52,253 nucleotides of DNA. It comes from Verrucomicrobiota bacterium (GTDB taxonomy: Bacteria; Verrucomicrobiota; Lentisphaeria; Lentisphaerales; Lentisphaeraceae). Shown one piece after another: positions 17,403 through 29,602 of this stretch (position 1 is the stretch's first letter; every line of letters starts with the position of its first letter). The position numbers and the translations under genes were made by a program. Under the pieces are notes generated by a model. The model searched no databases, was not told the DNA's origin, and saw only the letters and a list, made by a program, of their open reading frames with translations. Location: the NCBI GenBank assembly GCA_039798785.1, contig JBDKFG010000048.1, positions 1-52,253 of the forward strand, written 5' to 3'.

Positions 17403-19391
17403 TCAAGCCAGAGTCTCGACGTAGACGAAGAGAGCCAGGCCCTTTTCAGGCTCGCAAGTGTCGAGGCGGAGAAGGACGCGTTCGCCGATCTGGAGACGCT
17501 GCGGAGTGCTGAATTTGAAGCGGGTGCAAAGCTGCTCAAGCTCGGCATTGAGGCCGCCCGGAAGCCGCCCGACGACCCGCGCCGGCATCACGGCCCCCAG
17601 GTAGTTGCGCCGCAAATATTCAAGGAGCCAGTATTGTTCGGCCTGCTTCTGCGCTTCGCGCACTTCGCCCCCCTGACGCTCGATGTCCTCCACCGTCGCG
17701 GCGAGCCGTCCTTCGTCGAGTGGCGGCGGCTGACCTTGCAAGACCGCGGCGATCTGGCGCTGCACCAGCATGTCGCTCCAGCGGCGCAGCGGCGAGGTGG
17801 CCTGGGTGTAGGCGGCGACGCCCAGGGCGGCATGGACCCCGCATTGGGTCTGCAATCGCGACTTGCGCAGGCCGCGGACCGCCTGGTCGAAGGCGAGTGC
17901 GTCGTATTCGGCGCCGCTCTGCTGGAAGGCCTGCTCGGGCGGCTCCTGGGTGCGGTAAAGGCATGGGATGCCGCGGCTGCGGCAGAATTCGGCGCTGATC
18001 TGGTTGGCGAGAATCATGAACTCCGCCACCATGGCGCGGCTGCGACTGTCCATCCGGGTCTCGCTCACCTCGATCTCGCCGTGCCGCACCTTGATGCGCA
18101 GTTCCGGACGGGCCACCTTGAGGGCGCCGCGACCGAGACGCAGCCGCTCCAGCGACTCGGCGAGCCGGTCGAGCACCGCCAGCTGCGGCCGCACCGACTC
18201 AGGTACGCCGCCGCCGTCGCACTGGCCGTAACTGAGCTTGTGGGCGATGGCAACCCGGCTGGGCCGGATCGAGGGCTCGCCGCAAAGAGATCCCGAGGCG
18301 TCAAAATCATGGAAATAGCTCAAGGCCGGTCGCGGCTCGCCGGGAAGCAGGCTGGCACGGCCGAGGGCGAGCTCGTCGGGCAGCATGTGGACCGTGCAGG
18401 TCGGGAGGTAGACCGAAGTGGTGCGGCGCGCCGCCTCGGCGTCGAAGGGGTCGCCAGGAGCGACCCAGGCGCTGACGTCGGCGATATGGATGCCGAGCCG
18501 CCATCCCCCGCCGTCGAGGGGCTCGAGACTGAGGGCGTCGTCGACGTCGCGAGTCTCTTCTTCGTCGATGCTGAAGACCTCGAGATGGCCGAGCTCGTCG
18601 CGACGGGCAGGGATCTCGCCGACGGACGCCGCGGCGGCGAGGCATTTCTGCGAAAAGCGCGCCGGGATGCCGTTGAGGATGAGGAAGGGTTCACTGTCGG
18701 GCGGCAGGTGACCGGAACGCAGCAGGACCTGGAAGGCGGCCTCGCGGACCGGCGCGTCCCCGATCGCCAGCTCGAGCAGGCGCGAACCATCGTTGGCCTG
18801 CCGCTCCTGGAGGAAGGCCTCGAGCTGGCTCAGGATGGTGTGCTTGTCGGCGGACGCCGGCTCCGCATCAACCGGGCCGGGACGGAAACGGGCGCGAAGC
18901 CAGGGAATGACCTGGGCCTCGTACTCTTCACGCTCGCGGCGACGCCGAAGCGCGGTCGCTTGCTCCTGGGCCTGCTCCGGAGTGCGGACGGTGAACTCCA
19001 GGTTCCGGCGCTTGTAGTGGACGACGTCGTCGAGAAGAGCGAGGAAGACTGCGGCGAGCATCTCGACGGGCGCCTTGCCACCCTGCCAGGCGGCGGCGAA
19101 ATCGGCGACGCCCCGCTCCAGCCCGTCCTGCGGCATCGATTCCCAGAGGAGGGTGGAGTCGACCCCGGCGGCCAAGACCTTCAGATGCTTTTCCAGAGCT
19201 TCGGCGCGCCAAGGGAGGTCGGCCTCCTCGACCCGTCCGGGAAAGACACAGAGCAGCTGCCGTTCAGGGACGCGGAAGCGCTTGCCGTGAGGACTGAGGA
19301 GCCAGGCGTTGCCGCCTTCCGCCTTCAGCATCAGCACCAGCTTCAAAGCGCTGCCGTCGAAGAATCCAGCCAGACATTGTTCCGTACTCAT
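17403..19391 (-). CDS. RNB-domain exoribonuclease (RNase II/R family)
   Basis: SIDEEETRDVDDALS, IHIADVS, MVAEFMILAN, YTQATSPLRR; start set at MSTEQ. Confidence 0.92.
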   Translation of the reverse strand: MSTEQCLAGFFDGSALKLVLMLKAEGGNAWLLSPHGKRFRVPERQLLCVFPGRVEEADLPWRAEALEKHLKVLAAGVDSTLLWESMPQDGLERGVADFAAAWQGGKAPVEMLAAVFLALLDDVVHYKRRNLEFTVRTPEQAQEQATALRRRREREEYEAQVIPWLRARFRPGPVDAEPASADKHTILSQLEAFLQERQANDGSRLLELAIGDAPVREAAFQVLLRSGHLPPDSEPFLILNGIPARFSQKCLAAAASVGEIPARRDELGHLEVFSIDEEETRDVDDALSLEPLDGGGWRLGIHIADVSAWVAPGDPFDAEAARRTTSVYLPTCTVHMLPDELALGRASLLPGEPRPALSYFHDFDASGSLCGEPSIRPSRVAIAHKLSYGQCDGGGVPESVRPQLAVLDRLAESLERLRLGRGALKVARPELRIKVRHGEIEVSETRMDSRSRAMVAEFMILANQISAEFCRSRGIPCLYRTQEPPEQAFQQSGAEYDALAFDQAVRGLRKSRLQTQCGVHAALGVAAYTQATSPLRRWSDMLVQRQIAAVLQGQPPPLDEGRLAATVEDIERQGGEVREAQKQAEQYWLLEYLRRNYLGAVMPARVVGRLPGGLNAELEQLCTRFKFSTPQRLQIGERVLLRLDTCEPEKGLALFVYVETLA

Positions 19392-19515
19392 CTCGTCTCC
19401 CGCATCTGTTTTGGACCGCCAAGATAAACGCCGGAGCGCGGATCGGGCGGCGGAGAGACGAGAAATTTGCGGTCTGCGTCCCGGCCTCCGCCGACTCGGC
19501 CCCGGGCCCCGGGAG

Positions 19516-20331
19516 TCAAGAGCGGTTGCGAGCCCGGAAGTCCTTGGGGTGCATCGGCCTCTGGCCGAGCCAGAGACCTTTCCGGCCCGATCTCGCCTGT
19601 CGCTCCAGGCTGTCGAGACGGGGATGGGCCGGATCGCTGCGATAGGCGAAGTTCCATGCATGCCCCTCCGCGACCAGCTCCTCGTTGATGTTGCGGCCGA
19701 GATGGAAGACGATGCCGAGATCGCGGCCATGCTGGTCGACCTCGAGGATGCGGAGCTCGATGCGGCGGCCGTCGACCTTGCCGGCCAGAGCCTGCTTCGC
19801 CTCGGCGCCGTGCTCCTGCAAAGGGCGGTATTCCGGACTGTCGATGCCTTTGAGTCGCAGCTTGCGGACGCGACGATGGTCGTCGCGGTAGACCAGGGTG
19901 TCCCCATCCACAACTTCAATGCAAGTGGCCTTGACCAGACTAGGGTCGCCGGCGTTCTTCTTGGGCTTTGGGGGCTTGTTTTCGCCTGTTTTTTCCGTCG
20001 CTTTTGCCGGAGCCGGCGGAGCTTTGACGGCGGGCGCGGGGGGCGGAGCTTTGACGGCGGGCGCGGGGGGCGGAGCTTTGACGGCGGGCGCGGGGGGCGG
20101 AGCTGGCGTAGAATTTTTCGCGACCGTCGAGGCCGCGGCGTTCTCCGCGCGGCGCTGTTTTCGGGTTTTCTTCTTTGGAGGAGCGGGACTCGGTAGCGGG
20201 ATCGAATCTCTTGGCGTTCCCGGCGGCGGCAGCGGAAGGGCCGGGCGAGGGTCGGCATGGGGTGAGAGAAGGAGTTTCCAGACAAACGCCAGGACGGCGA
20301 CCATCAAGATGAGGATCACGATTTCGGGCAT
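19516..20331 (-). CDS. Membrane-anchored thermonuclease (SNase-like) with Pro-rich linker
   Basis: N-terminal TM, VVDGDT, LRLKGIDSPE, DQHGR, INEELVAEGHAW, GLW. Confidence 0.88.
   Translation of the reverse strand: MPEIVILILMVAVLAFVWKLLLSPHADPRPALPLPPPGTPRDSIPLPSPAPPKKKTRKQRRAENAAASTVAKNSTPAPPPAPAVKAPPPAPAVKAPPPAPAVKAPPAPAKATEKTGENKPPKPKKNAGDPSLVKATCIEVVDGDTLVYRDDHRRVRKLRLKGIDSPEYRPLQEHGAEAKQALAGKVDGRRIELRILEVDQHGRDLGIVFHLGRNINEELVAEGHAWNFAYRSDPAHPRLDSLERQARSGRKGLWLGQRPMHPKDFRARNRS
20015..20104. repeat. 27-bp coding tandem repeat x3.3 (PPPAPAVKA)
   Basis: Perfect GGCGGAGCTTTGACGGCGGGCGCGGGG units at 20015, 20042, 20069. Confidence 0.95.
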
Positions 20332-20469
20332 GGCGTTCCTTGTTCCTGCGGAGATGCTTTCTCCGAAGATAGGAGCGGCCCTCGGAAAAGCCAAGCCGGA
20401 GATCTGCTGCGCTTTGTCTTCGCACCGGCTTCGTGTACACTTCCCGCCAAAACAAAACCGGAGACCTCC

Positions 20470-21951
20470 ATGGCGCTGCTAGCCAAAGTCGATTTCAAGC
20501 CGGCGCTGGTAAGCTCCGGTCCCGGAGTCTACATCTTCCGCGACCAGTTCGCGGAAGTGATCTACGTCGGCAAGGCGAAGTCATTGCGCAAGCGCCTTTC
20601 TCACTACTTCCAGCCCTCGCGGCTGGAATCGGCGGATCCTAAGCTGCGCAGCCTGATCAACTCGATCGCCTGGTGGGAGACCCACGAAGTCAAGAACGAA
20701 AACGAAGCCCTGCTTCTCGAATCGAAACTGATCAAGGACTTCGTCCCGCGCTACAACGTCCTCTTGCGCGACGACAAGCGCTTCCCTCTCCTGAAGATCC
20801 GCATGGGGGAGCGCTTCCCCCGCATCGTCCTGGTGCGGATCCGCAAGGACGACGGCGCCGTCTATTTCGGCCCCTTTCCCCAGTCCAGCGCCCTCCGCGC
20901 CACGGTTGAATTCCTGGATCGCTACTTCGGCCTGCGCTCCTGCAGCGCCGAAGATCCGGGACCGGAAGAGCGCCGCCACTGCAAGGACGCGGTCCTCAGG
21001 GCTTGTTCGTCGCCTTGCGACGGCAGCATCGGCGAGGAGGATTACCGGGGCCGCGTCGAAGCCTGCCTGGAAGTGCTGCGCGGCGACACCCGCGGCATCC
21101 TCCGCGACCTCGAGGACGAGATGAAGCAGCGCGCCGCCAGGCTCGACTTCGAAAAGGCCGCGCAGCTGCGCGACGTCGCCGACAATCTCCGCACCATCGC
21201 CGACCCGCAGAGGAACTTCAGCCGCGCCCTGCCTCTGATCACGCCTCTAGGCAGCGGCGAGGCCGCCGTCCTCGACCTGCAGCAGCGCCTAGGCCTGAAG
21301 CTCCCGCCGCAGGTGATCGAATGCTTCGACAACTCCAACTTCCAAGGGACTCATGCGGTGTCCTCGATGGTCCGCTTCGTCGCAGGCCGGCCGGCGCCTC
21401 GCGACTACCGCCATTTCAAGGTCAAGACAGTCGTCGGGCCGGACGACTTCGCCACCATGCGCGAGGTGGTCGGGCGCCGCCTTCGACGCCTGGTCGAGGA
21501 AGGACGCCCCCTGCCCGACATGCTGCTCATCGACGGAGGCAAGGGGCAGCTCGCCGCCGCCTGCGAGGTGTTGGCCGGGCTCGGCCTGGACCTGCCGGTC
21601 TTCGGCCTCGCCAAGCAGCACGAACTGCTCTTCGAGCCCGGTCGCGACGAGGCGCACATCCTGCCTCGCGAATCGCCGGCTTTGCGCCTCTGCATGCACC
21701 TGCGCGACGAAGCGCACCGCTTCGCCATCGGCTTCCACCGCAAGCTACGGGCCGCCCGCATCGCCAGCTCGGTGCTCGACGAGGTCGAGGGAGTGGGCAA
21801 GACCCGCCGCGAAGCGCTGCTCAAGGCCTTCGGTTCGGTCGCCCGACTGGTCAAGGCGGAGCCTGCCGAAATCGCCGCCAAGGTGCCCGGCTTCGGCCTC
21901 GCCGGAGCCGAAAAGCTGCTGGAAAACCTGCGGCGCCTGCAGGGGCCTTGA
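20470..21951 (+). CDS. uvrC: Excinuclease ABC subunit C
   Basis: PGVY..IYVGKAKSLR GIY-YIG domain, IECFDNS, LIDGGKGQL, LRDEAHRFA, HhH. Confidence 0.97.
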   Translation: MALLAKVDFKPALVSSGPGVYIFRDQFAEVIYVGKAKSLRKRLSHYFQPSRLESADPKLRSLINSIAWWETHEVKNENEALLLESKLIKDFVPRYNVLLRDDKRFPLLKIRMGERFPRIVLVRIRKDDGAVYFGPFPQSSALRATVEFLDRYFGLRSCSAEDPGPEERRHCKDAVLRACSSPCDGSIGEEDYRGRVEACLEVLRGDTRGILRDLEDEMKQRAARLDFEKAAQLRDVADNLRTIADPQRNFSRALPLITPLGSGEAAVLDLQQRLGLKLPPQVIECFDNSNFQGTHAVSSMVRFVAGRPAPRDYRHFKVKTVVGPDDFATMREVVGRRLRRLVEEGRPLPDMLLIDGGKGQLAAACEVLAGLGLDLPVFGLAKQHELLFEPGRDEAHILPRESPALRLCMHLRDEAHRFAIGFHRKLRAARIASSVLDEVEGVGKTRREALLKAFGSVARLVKAEPAEIAAKVPGFGLAGAEKLLENLRRLQGP

Positions 21952-22014
21952 GCCCCCGACTTGTTTTTCGCCGCTTCCTGTCGTAGCTTGTCCCATTAAC
22001 CTCAGGAAACACCC

Positions 22015-22520
22015 ATGATCGCCGAGCTCGAACGCCTCGCCAGCCTCCATCAGAACGGCCATATCGATGACGCCGAATTCAAGCTGGCGAAGGAGAAGCT
22101 GCTGCAAGGAAGTGAAGGTAAGGATCAGCTCGCGCTCCGACTGGAGCTGACGGAAGCTCAGATCAAGCTCAGTGAGAACGACAAGAACTGGCCGCTGATC
22201 GCCAAGTATCATGACGGATCTGTTGATGATCATAATGTCGTCAGTGAACCTTCTCAGTTTAACGAAGGACTCTGCATGCTCCTCTTCTGCTTGTTTTTTT
22301 TCCCTCCGATTTTTCTGCCGGAAATGAATAAGTATGACTGGCAACATTGGCTCCTCGCCGGCTTGTGGATTGTCGGATTCATCTGCATTTCCGGCATGAT
22401 TCTCATCAGGTTGCTCACCCACAAAACCCGCCTCCAGCGCTTCCTCGCCGCCCAAGCCGAGCACAACGCCGAACAATCCGCCTTGCGCAGCCGCATCGCG
22501 CAACTGCAGCAGCAATTGAC

Positions 22521-22524
<4 letters not shown>
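22015..22524 (+). CDS. SHOCT-domain membrane protein
   Basis: ELERLASLHQNGHIDDAEFKLAKEKLL SHOCT motif plus two TM segments. Confidence 0.75.
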
Positions 22525-23195
<671 letters not shown>

Positions 23196-23396
23196 AGAAA
23201 ACGCTTGATTTTGGTCGTGACCCCAAGCAGGATCCGGACGGCAGTCCTGGGTTCCCTTGTCTGCGTTCGTTCATCTGTGTCTTCTGCGGGTTCTTTCAAG
23301 CTTTCAACCTTATCAACTTAACCCGCGGGCACAAGTGATTTCTCTGCCTATATTGCGCGGTCCCAATTTCTACCGAAAACCTCAGGAGCCTCCCTC

Positions 23397-25175
<1,779 letters not shown>

Positions 25176-25197
25176 GATTAGCGCAAGGTGCAAAACC

Positions 25198-25227
25198 GCT
25201 GCCGCTTCCCGGAAGGGGAGCGGCAGT
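25198..25227 (+). terminator. Hairpin after aspS
   Basis: GCTGCCGCTTCCC-ggaa-GGGGAGCGGCAGT. Confidence 0.65.
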
Positions 25228-25267
25228 GATGTTTGCCAAGCTTCCAGGATCCCCGAAAGACAAGCTT

Positions 25268-25295
25268 TTGACAGGCGGGGTTGTGATGATACGCT
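25268..25295 (+). promoter_or_regulatory. Sigma70-type promoter of the islet
   Basis: TTGACA-16 bp-TACGCT with extended -10 TG. Confidence 0.55.
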
Positions 25296-25323
25296 GCAGA
25301 CGAAAGAAACCCATGAGGGTCTG

Positions 25324-25914
25324 ATGTTCTGTCCAGACTGTAAATCCCTCCTGCACTGCTATCGAAGTGGTGCTTGTTTGCTCGTCCGGTGCTCTTCAGC
25401 TTCCTGCTCTTGGGAGGCGGTCACCTCTTTTCCCGTTCCCATAATCAACGACAATACTCGTTACGCCATCATTTTTTCTGCCCTCCCAACTGCAACTTCC
25501 GCTATGCTGATTGCACTCAATCAGAGATTCACGCATGGAATTGTCGCCACTCGCCGTCTCGCCGCTTGCGGAGAGCTTCCACCGTTCGAAGGCAGCGCCC
25601 TCGAGATTTGGCACGAAGCTCATCGACTGCGAGATGCCGGCATATCCTTCCGCATTGAGCCGAACTATCCTTACGATCTCGATGAACCCACGACAGCGTT
25701 CGGCCCGCCAGATGGGAGGCTCGATATCGGAATTGAAAGATGCCAATCCCCTGGAAATGAAAATGCTTCGGAGATGGATTTGCGGGAGGCGCAAACGGGA
25801 GTCCTGAGCTTCACTCTGCAAGGCCAGGCCGAGTTGCTGGCCTTGCTGCAAGCGCCGGTGGAATTGACGCCGGAACAGAAGCGACTCGGCCGCCTGATGC
25901 AAGGCAAGGAATGA
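25324..25914 (+). CDS. Zinc-ribbon hypothetical protein with a DUF1778/TacA-antitoxin-like C-terminal tail
   Basis: CPDC...C....C; tail LSFTLQGQAELLALLQAPVELTPEQKRL resembles the DUF1778 C-terminus; ATGA overlap with the GNAT gene. Confidence 0.55.
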   Translation: MFCPDCKSLLHCYRSGACLLVRCSSASCSWEAVTSFPVPIINDNTRYAIIFSALPTATSAMLIALNQRFTHGIVATRRLAACGELPPFEGSALEIWHEAHRLRDAGISFRIEPNYPYDLDEPTTAFGPPDGRLDIGIERCQSPGNENASEMDLREAQTGVLSFTLQGQAELLALLQAPVELTPEQKRLGRLMQGKE

Positions 25915-26438
25915 GCGTCGTTTTCCCCGCGGGCTACCGCTTGGTGCCGTTTTCTGAATCCTGGACCCGGCGCGACTTTTCCAGCGGCAATCTGGATGTC
26001 GACCGCTGGTTGAAAACTCAAGCGAAACAAGCGGTGGCGGCGCAGCACATGGGTGTCCGCCTGCTGGTCCAAGGCAAGCGCGCCTGCGGTTTTTACGCCT
26101 TGAAGCAGATCGCTCTGGTGGTCGATGGCCTGCCGCAAGACCTGCTGCGCCGCAAGGAGAACGCCGTCGCCTCCGCCACTCTGCTGGCTTGGATTGGTGT
26201 TGATCGGAATGACCTGGGACAGGGGCTCGGCACTCATTTGCTGGCTCAGGCCCTCAATGACGCCCTCCAGGTTCATCGCCTCAGTCCCGGACTCGGTGTG
26301 ATCGTTGATGCCCTAAGCGAAGAGCTGGCAGCAAAATACCGCGCCTGGGGCTTCAAGAATCTCCCTGATCACCCCTTGCGACTGATCCTGCCCGCCGCTG
26401 CGTTGATCGCGATGGCGGATGAACACCATAAAGCCTGA
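25911..26438 (+). CDS. GNAT acetyltransferase toxin (TacT/AtaT-like)
   Basis: DFSSGNLDVDRWLK..A, GFYAL, LLAWIGVDRNDLGQGLG, VIVDAL, Y..WGF. Confidence 0.8.
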   Translation: MSVVFPAGYRLVPFSESWTRRDFSSGNLDVDRWLKTQAKQAVAAQHMGVRLLVQGKRACGFYALKQIALVVDGLPQDLLRRKENAVASATLLAWIGVDRNDLGQGLGTHLLAQALNDALQVHRLSPGLGVIVDALSEELAAKYRAWGFKNLPDHPLRLILPAAALIAMADEHHKA

Positions 26439-26498
26439 TGACCCAGTCGCCCTCGCAGGTCGACGCCAAGCAGCTCAAGGCTCTGTGCATCGCCAGCA
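26433..26498 (+). repeat. 66-bp direct repeat copy 2 (displaced aspS 3' fragment)
   Basis: Encodes MTQSPSQVDAKQLKALCIAS vs aspS MTQSPSQVDAKQLKDLCIAS. Confidence 0.95.
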
Positions 26499-26614
26499 GC
26501 GGGTCTCGAAATCGACCGAAGCTAGAGGAGGGCCGACAAACCATGCCTCGCCATCTTGTTGCCCGCCCTTCCCCCGATACCTTGGGAGATCACCAACCTC
26601 TCAGGAGATCGACC

Positions 26615-27895
26615 ATGGATTCCGCCACTCTTCACGCCCGCGCCAGCAAACTCGTTCCCGGTGGCGTCCACTCGCCCGTCCGCGCCTTCCGCGCCGTCGG
26701 CGGCAACCCCGTCTTCTTCAAGTCCGCCCAAGGCGGCACCCTGACCACCGTCGAAGGGCGCGAGATCGTCGATTTCGTCCTCTCCTGGGGCCCCTCGCTG
26801 CTTGGCCACTGCCATCCCGAAGTGGTCCGCGCCGTCCAGGAACAGGCTTCCACCGCCTTCTCCTTCGGCATGTGCTCGGAACTCGAAGTCGAACTCGCCG
26901 AGATGATCCACGCCAAGATCAAAGGCATGGAAATGCTGCGCTTCGTCAGCTCCGGCACCGAGGCCACCATGTCGGCCCTGCGCCTCGCCCGCGGCTTCAC
27001 CGGACGCGACGGCATCATCAAGTTCGATGGCTGCTACCACGGCCACTCCGACGCCCTCCTGGTCAAGGCCGGCTCCGGCGTCGCCACCTTCGGCACCAGC
27101 AGCTCCGCCGGCGTCCCGGCCGACTTCGCCAAGCACACCATCTGCGTCGACTTCAACAATCTGCAATCAGTCGAGGACGCGCTCAAGCTGACTCCGGTCG
27201 CGGCGGTCATCGTCGAGCCCGTCCCCGGCAACATGGGCCTGGTGATCCCCGAGCCGGGCTTCCTGCAAGGCCTGCGCCGCCTCTGCGACCAATACGGCGC
27301 CCTGCTGATCTTCGACGAAGTGATGTGCGCCTTCCGCGTCTCCCCCACCACCGCGGCCGAGCTCTTTGGCGTCATGCCCGACCTCTTCTGCTTTGGCAAG
27401 GTGATCGGCGGCGGCCTGCCGGTCGGCGCCTTCGGCGGCCGCGCCGACGTCATGCAGCTGCTCGCTCCCCTCGGCCCGGTGTACCAGGCCGGCACCCTCT
27501 CCGGCAACCCCCTCGCCATGCGCGCCGGACTCGAAACCCTGCGCCTCTGGTTCAACGGCAAAGGCTTCGACAAGACCGAGAGCCTCGGCCGCGATCTCGA
27601 CGCCCTGATGGCCCCGGTGGTCGCCGGACGCGGCGACGTCAAATGGATCCGTCTCGGCTCGATGTTCACTCTCTTCTTCCTGCCCGAAGGCGCGACCCTG
27701 CCGAAGAACATGGAAGAGGTTCGCCGCTGCGACTTCGGCCGCTTCGGCCGCTTCTTCCAGTTCATGATGAAAAAAGGCTTCCTCATCCCCCCCGCCCAGT
27801 ACGAAGCCAACTTCCTCTCCACCGCCCACACCCACGCGCAGCTCAAGGCCTACGCGACCGCGACGGCGGAATTCCTGGCGAGCGACAAGGGTTGA
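26615..27895 (+). CDS. hemL: Glutamate-1-semialdehyde 2,1-aminomutase
   Basis: PGGVHSPVRAF, SGTEATMSA, LIFDEVM, GKVIGGGLP, YQAGTLSGNP; RBS AGGAG. Confidence 0.97.
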   Translation: MDSATLHARASKLVPGGVHSPVRAFRAVGGNPVFFKSAQGGTLTTVEGREIVDFVLSWGPSLLGHCHPEVVRAVQEQASTAFSFGMCSELEVELAEMIHAKIKGMEMLRFVSSGTEATMSALRLARGFTGRDGIIKFDGCYHGHSDALLVKAGSGVATFGTSSSAGVPADFAKHTICVDFNNLQSVEDALKLTPVAAVIVEPVPGNMGLVIPEPGFLQGLRRLCDQYGALLIFDEVMCAFRVSPTTAAELFGVMPDLFCFGKVIGGGLPVGAFGGRADVMQLLAPLGPVYQAGTLSGNPLAMRAGLETLRLWFNGKGFDKTESLGRDLDALMAPVVAGRGDVKWIRLGSMFTLFFLPEGATLPKNMEEVRRCDFGRFGRFFQFMMKKGFLIPPAQYEANFLSTAHTHAQLKAYATATAEFLASDKG

Positions 27896-28011
27896 AAGGG
27901 TTTTAGCGAAGGCAGCTCATGCTGAGTCACTGCGTCTCGGGTCACTGCGTCCGGTTTTTGACGCAGCGACTCAAGGACTCAGAGACTCATTTCAGCACAG
28001 GATGGCAACCC

Positions 28012-29436
28012 ATGAGCCCCCGCAAAAAACTCTTCCTGTGGATCTCCGCCTTCCTCGGCGTCTGGCTCTTCGTCGCCGTCTTCATCCTCGGCCTGCCCTG
28101 GCGCTGGGCCTTTGAGCGACGCGTCGCCGAATACAAGGCCCGCGGCGAGCCGGTGTGCGCTGCCGATCTGGCGCCGAAGACGGTGCCGGCGGAGGAAAAT
28201 GGGGCGCCGCTGCTGGAGGCGATCTTACGGGACATCGCCGCGTATCAGGCACGAAGAAACGCATCATATATGGGCTTGGGTAAGCTGCGCCCAAGTGAGC
28301 TCTTGGACTTGTTCCAGGCGGAGCAAACTTTGATGCAAAAAGAGGCGAACGAGAAGACCGAGCTTGCTCCCCACGTTCCGGAAGAGATTTCGGCTCGCCA
28401 AACAATAAAAATCAGCCCCCCGGGGCACAGCTCAAAAAACAGTCCGAAAGAACAGCAGACGCTCGACGAGGAAATAAAAATCCGCCAACAATATCGTGAT
28501 TTGACGCAGCTTTTGATCGGACACCCCGACTTGCTCGATCGCTTTGAAGCCGCCTTGGCTCACTCCTATTTTCACTTCACCATCCAATACAAAAGCCCTT
28601 CCTGGTCCATCCTTCTGCCGCACTTGAGCACCTGTCGCGACACTACCAATCTATTGCTTGACCTCAGCCTGTATTATCAAGCTCTCGGGGACAAGACCAA
28701 AGCCCAGCGCTGCCGCTTGATGTTGATGCGCACGCCGCAATTGACCGATGCTGATTTTTCACTCATCGGCAGCTTGGTTCATTGCTCTCTCACTGGAATC
28801 GTCATCTACAACTTAGGCAGGCAATTGCCGTTCTTGAGCGAGAAAGAACTCATCGCGTTGCAGAACGCCGCCGACAAGCTTCATACCTGGCCCAAATCCT
28901 GGGCAGAAATGATGCTCAACGAACGCGTGACGGCGGTGGAATTGATCGAACTGCGCGGGGCACATATCGACGAAACCGCGGCGCTTTTGTCGAGCCAAGA
29001 AAAATGGTTCTGGCACATCTATTTCCGCAGTTGCTTCCGCTACATCGATGGGCTCAGTTGCCTAGATGATTACGACATTCCCATCAACGGGAAGCCCGTC
29101 CCACTTCGCAATGAACTCAGCTTCATGGGTGGCGAGATGCTTCCTGCGCTCGACTCGATTAAAGCGAAATGGCAGATCGAAGCCGCCAAGATCCGCCAGC
29201 TCCGCCTCGGCCTCGCTCTCGAACTGATCAAGCGCAAAACCGGGCGTTACCCGGCCGATCTCAGCGGGCTGGATCTCCCCAAGGAAGTTGCCGAGGGCAA
29301 GCCGATGAAATACGAAGTCTTCGGCGAGGGACGCGGCGCCTGCCTGGAGTTCGACAACAAGACCAACGCCAAAACCGTTCACTTCGGCTTGGGCGAATTG
29401 CCGGAGAAGCATCCTCTCGGGGAAGCGTCGAAATAA
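28012..29436 (+). CDS. Hypothetical membrane-anchored protein with a pseudopilin-like C-terminal motif
   Basis: N-terminal TM, YKARGEP...ENGA, C-terminal LALELIKRKTGRYPADL. Confidence 0.7.
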   Translation: MSPRKKLFLWISAFLGVWLFVAVFILGLPWRWAFERRVAEYKARGEPVCAADLAPKTVPAEENGAPLLEAILRDIAAYQARRNASYMGLGKLRPSELLDLFQAEQTLMQKEANEKTELAPHVPEEISARQTIKISPPGHSSKNSPKEQQTLDEEIKIRQQYRDLTQLLIGHPDLLDRFEAALAHSYFHFTIQYKSPSWSILLPHLSTCRDTTNLLLDLSLYYQALGDKTKAQRCRLMLMRTPQLTDADFSLIGSLVHCSLTGIVIYNLGRQLPFLSEKELIALQNAADKLHTWPKSWAEMMLNERVTAVELIELRGAHIDETAALLSSQEKWFWHIYFRSCFRYIDGLSCLDDYDIPINGKPVPLRNELSFMGGEMLPALDSIKAKWQIEAAKIRQLRLGLALELIKRKTGRYPADLSGLDLPKEVAEGKPMKYEVFGEGRGACLEFDNKTNAKTVHFGLGELPEKHPLGEASK

Positions 29437-29602
29437 GCACCGAGATTGGGAAATTTCGTCGGCGCTACTTCCACCCAGATGAAATGCAGGAGGGTGATGA
29501 CTAGCCATTCTACGCCTCCGGACTTGCTTTTGACATCGTCTCGTGCGATGCTGTCTGGACGCGCTTCGGCGCTTCGTCAAGACCAACCCCCAGGAGGATC
29601 CC

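Noticed and set aside
19392..20285. 960-aa extended RNase II ORF
   Set aside because: The extension is an alternate frame of the thermonuclease gene, Arg/Pro/Ser-rich; the true start is probably 19391
26438..26614. AspS-tail/HemL fusion protein (485-aa ORF)
   Set aside because: In frame, but hemL has its own RBS and ATG at 26615; likely coincidental
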